Below are positions 53,460 to 64,000 of a stretch of DNA of 64,000 nucleotides, in pieces (position 1 is the stretch's first letter; each line of letters begins with the position of its first letter). Made by a program: the position numbers and the translations under genes. The notes under the pieces are model-generated. The model made no database searches, was not told the DNA's origin, and worked only from the letters and a program-made list of their open reading frames with translations. Origin of the DNA: Eledone cirrhosa (Eukaryota); assembly GCA_964016885.1 (NCBI GenBank), contig OZ024740.1, positions 298,964,001 to 299,028,000 on the forward strand, in the 5' to 3' direction.

Positions 53460-53720
53460 CGGGTAGAGGCACTCTTCTCTGAAATGAGAGATCACAGCTC
53501 CGATACTATGGCCATGGGGTTAGAATGTCTCAGGAAAGAATCGTGGGACAGATTTTCTGTGCAAAACCAAGGGGGTTGAACCCGAGCAAGATGGTTTAAT
53601 AACATCCATGAGCTTGGCTGTTCTCGCTTGGGTATCCAGCCGGATCAGTTGGAAAGGGTTGCTTCACAGGACCCGCTAGAGGGAGTGTTTGAGGACTCTG
53701 CCCCCACGACCCTCTCAGAA
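53460..53720 (+). pseudogene. Expander/Rex3-like RTE 3' fragment
   Basis: Homologous to 56045-56270. Confidence 0.75.
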
Positions 53721-54043
53721 ATAGGTGGGCGAAGAAAAAGAAGAAGAGAAGAGAGGAATATATTACGTATTCTGTGTATAACAATACAACAGGTGTATGT
53801 ATCGCACGTTTTTCAACTGACTTTTCATAATCAATTTAATTTTAATGACTATAATCAGCTGTATGAAACAATAAGGACACAAGTTGGCGAGTGAGTTTCT
53901 AACAACACACACATGCACACATACACATGCACACAGACATACACTCACACCCACACACATGCACACGCACACGCACGCATGCACACACACATGCACACTG
54001 GATGGAGGTGCATGGCCACCGGCTTATCACAATGATTGCTTAA

Positions 54044-54092
54044 GAGTCTGACGAAGTCACATGAATAACCATGTAACAGAAATATATATAAT
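54044..54092 (+). ncRNA. Degenerate hammerhead-like motif
   Basis: CTGACGA-AGTCACATG(AATAAC)CATGTAACA-GAAA-TATATA-TA; stem I does not pair well. Confidence 0.3.
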
Positions 54093-54139
54093 GCACTAAA
54101 CAATTATGGTGATTTAATCCCATCTTAGCCACCAGCATT

Positions 54140-54240
<101 letters not shown>

Positions 54241-54263
54241 AGCCTTCATTACGTTTATTGATT

Positions 54264-54348
54264 GGTGACGCGCGTTTCGCTATTGATTAGCTCATGGTTC
54301 GATCTGTATCGATCTGGCCCGACTCTGGAATCAAAAGCTCATCGGACC
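54264..54348 (-). ncRNA. Type I hammerhead with palindromic stem III (CCGAUGA core)
   Basis: GGT-CCGATGA-GCTTTTGATT...AATCAATAGC-GAAA-CGCGCG-TC-ACC. Confidence 0.75.
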
Positions 54349-54408
54349 TCTGCTGTATATATATATATATATACAGCAGAGGTTAATCACCTGTTTAGAC
54401 ATTCTCTA

Positions 54409-54455
54409 TGCTCCGATGATTCCAGACTTCCCTCTGGAAGAAACAAATGTCAGCA
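54409..54455 (+). ncRNA. Minimal type I hammerhead (CCGAUGA core)
   Basis: TGCT-CCGATGA-TTCCAGA(CTTCCC)TCTGGAA-GAAA-CAAATG-TC-AGCA. Confidence 0.75.
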
Positions 54456-54495
54456 AATAAATGTATTAAATTAAGATTTGATTGCTTTAACACTT

Positions 54496-54544
<49 letters not shown>

Positions 54545-54834
54545 TAAAAAAGTTTCATACACTTAACATGTGCGACCATTGGTTTCTGAGTCCAGTTATG
54601 GCCACTGCTGTATATTAGAGGAGGCACCTTTAAACTGATATCTAATCTACACACACACACACACATTAACATTGTGTTTAAGGCTTGTAAAATGTACTGT
54701 CAATTATTATGGGTGTATACATGTTCTTCACAGACCCCTTTCTTTTCTTTTTACAATGCTGTGTACAATGTTCAGTAGTGTTGGAAATGAAATCAAACCA
54801 CAGGAAAACTATCCCTTTATAAAGTAGGAGGGTT

Positions 54835-54904
<70 letters not shown>

Positions 54905-55341
54905 TTACTGTGTATGTGTATCTGTTTGTGAATCTTTGTGTGTGTAAGTATGCATTTGTGTATAAGTATGCTTGATACTGATTCCTGTCCAAGTACTTAG
55001 AAAATATTGATGGCTGTTTCCACATGCCAGTAAGCACTTCACTGCAATTCTCGAGGACAATATATTTAAGCACAACAGTTGTTGCATACGAGGATTCTCT
55101 CGCTTAATCGCAACCAATTTATCACGGTGTATCTCTCTGGCACTCAAAGACAGGTGACTGATTTATCTCGTGTTTACTCAACTTTCCTGTTAAAATAGAC
55201 TAAATATGCTAGAATTTCAACAAGGTAGATATTGTACAATCTTCTTTTATTAGCAGGACGCTGAACTTGTAGATTTGGTAGAATGTCTAACAAAATACCT
55301 TTCAGTATTCAGCTGTACCATATTATTTTCTGAGTTTAGAG

Positions 55342-55440
55342 CAGATATGGGGAACCTGCAGCCTTAAGGCGACATGCCGCCTTTTATTTCATTCTGTGAA
55401 AGAATAAAAATGTCCAACAAATTCTTGCATTTTATTAATG
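55342..55440 (+). mobile_element. hAT/Charlie-like terminal fragment
   Basis: CAGATATGGGGAACCTGCAGCC resembles hAT TIR starts. Confidence 0.35.
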
Positions 55441-55467
55441 TTTTTGTCTATTTCTTATTTGCAACAT

Positions 55468-55606
55468 AGAGTTGCGGCTCTTTACTGTTTAAGTTCAAAT
55501 CCCGCTGAGGTTAACTTTGCCTTTCATCCTTACGGGGTCGATAAAATAAAGTACCAGTAATGCACTGGGTAATTGCTGGCCTTGTGCCAAAAGTAGAAAC
55601 AATTAT
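55468..55606 (+). mobile_element. SINE family A, truncated
   Basis: Same core and tail. Confidence 0.85.
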
Positions 55607-55669
55607 TTCAAATTAACCGATAAGAGGATTATGGGATCTATGGCTAGCTTCTGCTGCCCTGATGTCTCT

Positions 55670-56280
55670 ATACAAATGCCCGAGTATTTGTGTTGTAAAT
55701 GGTGCGAAATCGAGACAGATGGAGAAGTTCAAGTATCTCGGGGTCGTGTTCACGAGTGATGGAAGGCAGGAGGCTGAATTGAATGCATGAATTGCAGGAG
55801 CTGGTACAGTTATGCGCCAGCTTCAGCATTCGGTAATCGGAAGAAGGGGGATAGGTGTAAAAGCCAAACACGCTATCTTCAGTTCAGTATTCGTGCCAAA
55901 CCTTGCCTATGGGCATAAATCTTGGGTAATGACCGAAAGAATACGATTGCGAATACAAGCAGCCGAAATGGGGTTACTCCGGAGGGTCTTTTGAGTAACG
56001 TTACTTGATAGAGTGCGTAGCTAGGATATTAGAGTGTCACTCCAGGTGGAGCCGCTACTTCTTCGAATTGCGAGATCACAGCTCCGATACTATGGGCATG
56101 TGGTTAGAATGTCTCAGGAAAGAATCACTGGACAGATTTTACATGCAAAACCAATCGACAGGAAATCCAGGGGTAGACCCCGAACAAGATGGTTGGATAA
56201 CATCCATGAGCTTGGCTGCTCTCACTTGGGAATCCAGCTGGATCAGTTGGAGACAGTTGCTTCTGACAGGATCCACTGAA
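55670..56280 (+). pseudogene. Expander/Rex3-like RTE LINE 3' ORF fragment
   Basis: EKFKYLGVVFTSDGR..YGHKSWVMTERIRLRIQAAEMG..SQLRYYGHVVRM..RGRPRTRW. Confidence 0.9.
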
Positions 56281-56529
56281 AGAGGGTTTGAGATAACATG
56301 GATGATAAGAGAAAAAGAATTGAGCGAGGAGTCACGAACGTCTGAGTAGAACGAGACCAGTCAGCTCTGAGCTGCAGAAATCACCATATTAACAGTAGAT
56401 GAGACAGAATGAAAAGATATCATTTCTGTAGGCGAAAGGTTGACATAACAATCAACATACGTATCCCATCCACGTGAGAGAGAGAGAAGATATGGTCAAG
56501 TAAATAAGGAACATATACTTGATCAAAAT

Positions 56530-56938
56530 TGGTGCGTGTATATATAAATGTATGTGTGTATATATGTTCATATCTATGTATATATGTACGTATCTATGTA
56601 TATATGTATGTATATATACACACACATATTCATACACATATACATGCATATACACCTGCATACATACATATATACACACATATATAAACATACATACATA
56701 TATATATATACATACATGCCTACATACATACTTACATACATACATGCATACATATATACACATACATAATACATATATACATACGTACGTACATACATAC
56801 ATATATATATACACATACGTATGTATATGCATGCATACGTACGTATATACATGCATACATACATATATACATACATATAAACATATGTACTTACATAAAT
56901 GCATGCAGACATACATGCGTATAAACATGCGTATATAT
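56530..56938. repeat. (TACA)n/(CA)n compound microsatellite
   Basis: Direct reading. Confidence 0.9.
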
Positions 56939-57839
56939 TAACTCCTTGGCGTGATTCTTTCATTTACAATTTTCTTCAACAGATTTAATTTTACTTTCTA
57001 TTTCCAGAACTTTCTATAAAGGTAGCGTGATCTAAGTGAGTGGTTAACGTCCAGAAATACACCTCTTTTACGAAAGAAAAGCAGCAACAACAGAAACGAC
57101 AGCAGTTGAAGCAGAAGTAGCACGAGCATCAAAAACAAAACATCATCATCATTAACTTAACAACAACAACAACAACAACAACAACAGCAGCAAAGAAATA
57201 CTTATGTAAGTCCAGTGAAACACATTCTAAATGTGTGCATGTAGAAATCTCGTGATGTTTTCTTAAAGATTTGCTAACATACATATAAGTTAGAAGAATT
57301 GTTATAAGACTTGAATATAACTCTTGCCAAAGTATCTTATGATGTAGGATGATGATCTAACTAAATTGATTGAATATCTCTCAAATAAAATGTGACAATA
57401 TAGAGACAGAAGTACTGTTAAATTGTAATTTATATCGGCAGGAATCTGTTGGAGGTCAACTACGATGTTAACTTTGTAGTGCCAAGCCTGTATGTAAGAA
57501 ATTCGTGAGTTTGTGTAAGTTCATAGGCTTTAAAGAGAAGAGGTACATGACGATTCTGTCCTAACCCTTCATCTGATAAAGTGAGTGAGAGAGAGAGAGA
57601 GAGAGAGGGGTGCCAAATGGTGTGTGTGTGTATGAGAGAATGGGGGAGAGAAAGCGGGACAGAGGAGAGAGAAAGCGGGACAGAGGAGAGAGAAAGCGGG
57701 ACAGAGGAGAGAGAGAGAGAGAGAGAGAGACAGAAGGAGAGAGTGGGAAGGGGGGATAAAGAGAGAGGGAGAGAGAGAAAATTGTCGGCTTCGTGGTATT
57801 CCGCTTGTCTGAGTATCGGAATGTCGTTTCAGGATTTAG

Positions 57840-58490
57840 GAAACAGCGGCTTCTCAGAGAAAAATTCATACTCTCCAGACCATTACCCAAAAGCGAACAT
57901 GGAAAAGGCCAAATACACTGTCCGGTCCTATACGCTTTCACCTTTAACGTTAAAACTAATGTAGGTATACATTTTATTTGCACTTACAGATATACAATTC
58001 CACCAAATTCTTAACTGCCACACAGTTAAAATAGGACATTCCTTTGTTAGAAATATGGAATCCTGCTTCTTAAATAAACACCCGAGCCCGCAAACATTTG
58101 GAGGCTTACATAAAAGCCAGATACATGCCCGTTTGATCAACTGTGTAATATTTCAGCTGTAATATACGAGGCTGGTGTTACATCAAAAAGAAACCTATAC
58201 ATATGTAGGCATGTTGGAGAGTCGATTTAAAAACCATTTCCTAAATCAGGAAACTACTTTCAGACATTCGATCGAGAGGAAATCCTCGAAGCTGGCAAGC
58301 AAATTATGGAATCTCAAGGGCATAAAATAGAAAATACTCGAAAATTCAAGACTCTATATAAACAGATCGCAACTTGCAATTTACTCACCGATGAAAGGTG
58401 GTTTATCATTCTACCAATAAAAGATTCTTAAACACCCGTCTTAGATGTTTGTATCGTTGTCCTCACGCTTTTAAGTACCTTTTGAAGAGA
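57840..58490 (+). pseudogene. Penelope-like ORF relic: linker plus GIY-YIG endonuclease
   Basis: FNVKTNVG..FHQILNCHTVKIGHS..NM..CPFDQLC..AVIYEA..TYVGML..FKNHFLNQETTFRH..KLASKLWNLK with frameshifts. Confidence 0.75.
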
Positions 58491-58761
58491 TGGCCCACTT
58501 GGATTTTTATCTTTCTGTTATTTACCTATCATCTACCATAGAGTCCTCTCCTTTTTAGAATTACCTCCCTTTATACAGTAAATTATTTCTCTGTAAATTA
58601 AATTCCCTTAAATCCCAGAACTCTCATGTTTTCTTCTACCTGCTTTTCTCCAACCGGAAATTCTCTTTTTCTTTGAAGCACTTCAAGTTGTATAAGTTGA
58701 GTTCGCTCAACGAAACACGTTTCTCCGTATTTTCGTTGCAGTTTGGTAATTTGTATATATA

Positions 58762-58815
<54 letters not shown>

Positions 58816-59041
58816 TGTGTGTGTGTGCGTGCGCGTGTGTGTGTGCGTGCGCGTGTCTGTGTTTACGTTCATTGTTTTTTTTATGTCTTATAACATAGCG
58901 ATTCCACAAAATAAGTTCGATAAAATATACATCAGATTTATGGCCGCAGTGATGAGATAAGTAAAAGAAAAAACTGTACACACACACACATGTATATATA
59001 TATATACATATATATATATGTGTGTGTGTACACAGTTTTTT

Positions 59042-59073
<32 letters not shown>

Positions 59074-59120
59074 CATATATATGTGTGTGTGGATGCATGC
59101 ACGTGTGGGTGTATGTATGT

Positions 59121-59185
<65 letters not shown>

Positions 59186-60284
59186 TCATATGTACAGGTA
59201 TAGACTTATACTGATTCGAAACATACAGTATTGGTATGACCACAAAACTGAAATGATTTGGCACGCAAACATAGATGGGCAGAGATAACTGTCAAAACAA
59301 CCGGATATTGTCCTATAAATTTATGCAAGTATAAAATATACAATGTGATTGTTAAGTCAGATAAATTTCGATCAAATACAGCGAGCAAATTTATAAATAC
59401 ATAAATACAAACATTGAAATAGAAAACACAAAAAGTCCACTTTTACATACACAATAGTAATGCCTATAAAAAAAATTGAAGATATTGATTTCTAGCATTG
59501 ACACCAAGCCGCACAATTTGTGACAGTGTATAGTCAATGATTTTTATCATTATATTTAATGTATAGTCAGGGAGTGACGTGCAGAGCCAATGTCCTCTTT
59601 TCCTTAAACCGGAAGCCTAGTTAGAGTGTTTGCTACAGAGTTGATTCCGTTAAAAACATTCAAGAGCCAGGTGGCTTAAGTCTACCACCCAAGTAGATTT
59701 GAACGCAACAAAACCTGACGAAATATCTCAAGAGGTCTTGTCCGATGTTCTAACAATTCCATTAATCCACTATTCTTGTTTTATCGACACTTATCAGTGC
59801 AACTGTCCTTTACTATAGCCTCATATCGACCCAAGCTTTGTGAGTAAATCTAGGTAGATGGGAACTGTTTGAAAGCCCGTCAAATAGATGATATCAGTGT
59901 CACGCTAATTTGTCCCCATGAACTCCCCTATGGGCACATGTATTTGGGAAATACATAGCCAATTTTATCGTAGTGGTGACTCTGCTTTACACAAGCTCCG
60001 GGTACATTTGGCTGTAGCTGGCAATACCTGAAATATGCTTTTATCCAAGATTATAGATTTCTTTTGATTTTGGAATCCTGGGTTGGGTTCCATTCCATGT
60101 TGCGAAAAGATGAGAAGTGGAAAGCATGGCTAGCAATATTGCCTTCAGTACTCAAATTACTAAAGAATGACGAGTAGATTTAACCGTTCAAAAACAAAGC
60201 AGGGATGTGTCCATGTATCTGCTGATACATATATAAGGATACTAGGTCAAAGCTCAAGGCTCTTCACAGGACAGATCGTTAAGA

Positions 60285-60830
60285 GTGGCTTTTAGAATGT
60301 CTGTAAACTCTTCCAAAGCGAGCGTTTACAATATGTAACACGAGAGATGGCCACCTACTTCATAGACATTCTGGATGTTAGTGAGACACTTTAGATAGGC
60401 ATGGCATGCATCACCAGTGGACATAAAACAGCCTTATATTCTGGCCAGGAAGAACATCATAATCAAGGGGCTGATATCTTGAATGGTAATATAACAAGAA
60501 CGCCGACCAGTGAATTACCGGTTCCTCACAGCGATGTTAAAGACCAGGTGTGTAAAAGTAAGAGTTATGCAGACCTACGCCTTAACAATATTTGCCATAG
60601 AGAAAGATATGGAAGCGGGCTGAATGTCGGTAACATATTCGTCACTCACACGCGTATCCACAAAACTATATGTACTTTACCGAGCTCTAACGCAAATAAC
60701 AAGATCGACTACATCTGCATTAATACTAAAATATGGTTATCCTTGCAAGATATCCATGACTACTGTTGGAGAGACAGCTCAGATTAAAAATTAGGAGGTC
60801 GGATTGATTCATTTGAAACTAAAGAAGATA
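60285..60830 (+). pseudogene. Highly decayed LINE APE endonuclease N-terminus
   Basis: VTREMATYFIDILDVSET..G and NKIDYICIN motifs. Confidence 0.55.
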
Positions 60831-61230
60831 CAGACGGAGAAGACTGTGCGGCCCTACGCAATGGTGGCTCTAAATCAGAGCGAAACTTCGATCAGATACC
60901 TCGGCCTAATGTGCATGTACACTATGGTGGAAGTCACAGCACATACAGGCAAGGTGGACTCGTAATGGAGTAGAAACATAAGAATCAGCTAGTACCTAAC
61001 ACTGATACAGCCCTGATCAGCCATGTCAGGATTGATGAAAACAGAGCAGTATTGTTTCTGCAGTATTCACTCATGGTTTTGGCATTAGAGGACCAACAGT
61101 GGAGACAGTGACGTCTTGTTTTTTCGCAAATGAAAAGAACACTTTAAAGTTGAGTTTGATTTTCTCAATGGCCCATTTCTCCTCACCTGTTTTTTGGTTA
61201 TGATGATGGTCTTCATGCATTGTTGGAGGT

Positions 61231-61284
<54 letters not shown>

Positions 61285-61557
61285 GTGTGTATACATGTAT
61301 GTATATAAATGAAAATAGAGAAATTAATGTAAGCAAGAATCCAACAGTAATTCAGACATATAAGTGACTATTACGTCAAGATGAAAAATATTTAACGTAA
61401 GATATGGGAAAATAATTTAATCCCAATTCAAAGCAAGTCAAGACCATAAATTTTATCCACAGCTTTAGTGTAATTCGGGGAAAAAAACAATAGAATCTTA
61501 ACTGAAAATAAAATTAAGAGTAAATACTTATCCGTCAATTTGGAAAAATCTACAAAT

Positions 61558-61637
61558 GCACTATATAGTCTTAAAAGACTATTTCACGAAACTTTTCAGT
61601 GGGGTTAGTCACGGTTGGAATCGTTCCTCAGTAGTGC
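61558..61637 (-). ncRNA. Type I hammerhead ribozyme, apparently intact
   Basis: GCACTA-CTGAGGA-ACGA...TCGT-GAAA-TAGTCT(TTTA)AGACTA-TA-TAGTGC; 6-bp stem I, 7-bp stem III, AUA triplet. Confidence 0.85.
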
Positions 61638-61939
61638 TCAATACGTTAACTAAGAACACAGCTAAAATATGCCAGAGGGGAATTTAAAAGCAGGCTAGTC
61701 AAACCTCGTGTGGAATTGAATTAATAAACACACATGGAGACAGGGCTAGTGACGTCAGAATGAGACGAATGTCTGTTTACAAGAAACAGCAGTGAAAACA
61801 TTCCGAAAAAAAACTCAACAAAAGATATGGAGTTCAGCATAAAGCAATATTATCGCGTTTTTTTAAATTTTTTTATTTAAAAAAAAACCGGGATTAGTCA
61901 CAAATAATTTTAAGCACTCAAGGAAAAATTTCGAGTATA

Positions 61940-62455
<516 letters not shown>

Positions 62456-62652
62456 AAAAAAATAACCTCCAACAATGCATGAAGACCAAAAAACAGGTGA
62501 GGAGAAATGGGCCATTGAGAAAATCAAACTCAACCTTATATGTATATATATATATATATATAATGGAAAAATTTGAACAGGGACAAAACAGAGAGGCAGT
62601 ACAATAAATGTTTATTAATTTCACGCTCAGGAGAGTGGGGTGTAGGTGGGGG

Positions 62653-62685
62653 ACGACGTTTCGGGCATAAGCCCTTCCTCAGGTG
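62653..62685 (-). ncRNA. Minimal Penelope-type hammerhead
   Basis: CTGAGGA-A-GGGC(TTAT)GCCC-GAAA-CG-TC; minimal ACGT stem III, weak stem I. Confidence 0.6.
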
Positions 62686-62859
62686 AGAAGTGTGTGGGAA
62701 CAGAGTTCAAAAGGTGTGTAGGGGAGTGGTGGAGAGACATATAGCGAAAGGAAACGGTGCGAATGAAAAAATAACAAATAAAGATAAAAATAAAAATAAA
62801 GCATGATCAAAATACAAGGAATGAGATAAATTTAAAAATAAAGGCATGATCAAAATAAA

Positions 62860-64000
62860 CTGAAATTAAAAGGGGGGTAAACAGGTGGTGGAAGGGTGTG
62901 GGGTGAGTAGGGGTGGTGGCGGGTGGAGTGGGGAGAGGGAGACGGGGTGTCCGAGCGTGGAGGGCTGAAGGTGGTGTGTGTGTGTAGGTGTGCGTGTGTG
63001 TGTGTGTATGTGAAAGTAAGGGTTGGGGGAAGAACGGGGTTGCATGTTCAGGAAGAGGTGTGTGTGGGGGGTGTTTCTGTGGGTCGGAGTGTCTGTGCGT
63101 GTGTGGATAGGGGGGTGGGGGAGAGGAATCAGGAGGCTGAGGGTGTAAATATGTGGTGGAAAGCACGTGTGTGTGGGGTTTAAGCGTGTTGTGGGTGTGG
63201 GTGGCGTGTGGAGAAAAAAACTTTTTTTGGGGTGTGTGTGGGTGAGTTATATAGGTGATTACGTAAGAGGATGGTTGAAAAGTTGGTAAATTCCAAGGAT
63301 GTTTAGTGGATTGGTTGTAAGTCAATTTCTGCGTGTGGGTAATCCATGAAGCGGTGGTCGGAAGAGGAGAGATGTGGGGTGCGCGCGCAACAGGAAGTGG
63401 TCAGCAGTGGGAGTGCTGTGGTCTGTTAGTGCTGGGAGGTGGTCAGAGGGCATAGCAGCAGTCGGTGGAATGGTAAGGGGGCGAGGATGGGTAGGTGTGA
63501 AAGTTGGAGTGAGGAGGGTGTGTGTGTGTGTGTGTGTGTGTATTAGTAGGGGTGTGTGGGATGAGTGAGTGTGGAGCGAGGGTGTGGGTGGAGCGGGAAG
63601 AGAAGGGTGTGTGTGGTTCTATGGAGGGAGTGTGGTGTACTGGTGTGTGTGTAGTTTGATGAAGAGGTGTTAGTGGGTGTTAGTATACGGGAGGTGGGGA
63701 GGGGTTGAATGCAGGTGTGAGTGGGGGTTAGTGGTGGTAGGGTGTGTAGGGTTGGTGGTGTACGAGGGTGTGTGGGTACGTGTGCGTGGGGTTGGGGGGT
63801 GTTAGTGATGTTAGTTGCGTGTGGGGTGGGTGGTGTAAGTGGGTGCGTGTGTTCGTGTGCTTGGGGTTAGGGGGTGTTAGTGAGGTTAGTTGCAGGGTGG
63901 GATGGAGTTTTGGGGGTGAGAGGTGTGGGGGTGAGGGTTAGTGGTGGTAGTAGGGTGTGTGTTTAGTGTGAGCGCGTGTATATATGTGCCGGTGGGTGTG
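62860..64000. repeat. GT-rich low-complexity region, possibly the decayed body of a minus-strand Penelope-like element
   Basis: Strong G/T skew; lies upstream, on the minus strand, of the 62653-62685 hammerhead. Confidence 0.6.

Noticed and set aside
63660-63960. Telomere-like TTAGGG words
   Set aside because: Scattered single GGGTTAG/TTAGGG words in GT-rich sequence, not a tandem array.

Overview
This is a repeat-dense eukaryotic intergenic or intronic window with no recognisable host protein-coding gene. The repeat content (RTE LINEs with (GAT)n tails, tRNA-derived SINEs, very long TA microsatellites) suggests an octopus/cephalopod genome; this is inference. It contains five young RTE-clade LINE copies, one apparently full length with a 1084-aa APE-RT ORF carrying an embedded PHD-type finger, all sitting in (TA)n tracts. 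It also holds older RTE, CRE-like, Gypsy and hAT relics, many SINEs, and Penelope-like (GIY-YIG) elements. The most notable hidden layer is a dense set of type I hammerhead ribozyme motifs read by eye (about a dozen clear, several more degenerate) in small non-coding modules, mostly flanked by (TA)n. These include a 490-nt terminally redundant retrozyme-like unit with a covarying sibling, fold-back hairpin elements made of only the 3' half of a hammerhead, an inverted-repeat element with a central minimal hammerhead, and a back-to-back pair of CCGAUGA hammerheads. All ribozyme calls are manual pairings; catalytic activity is not shown.
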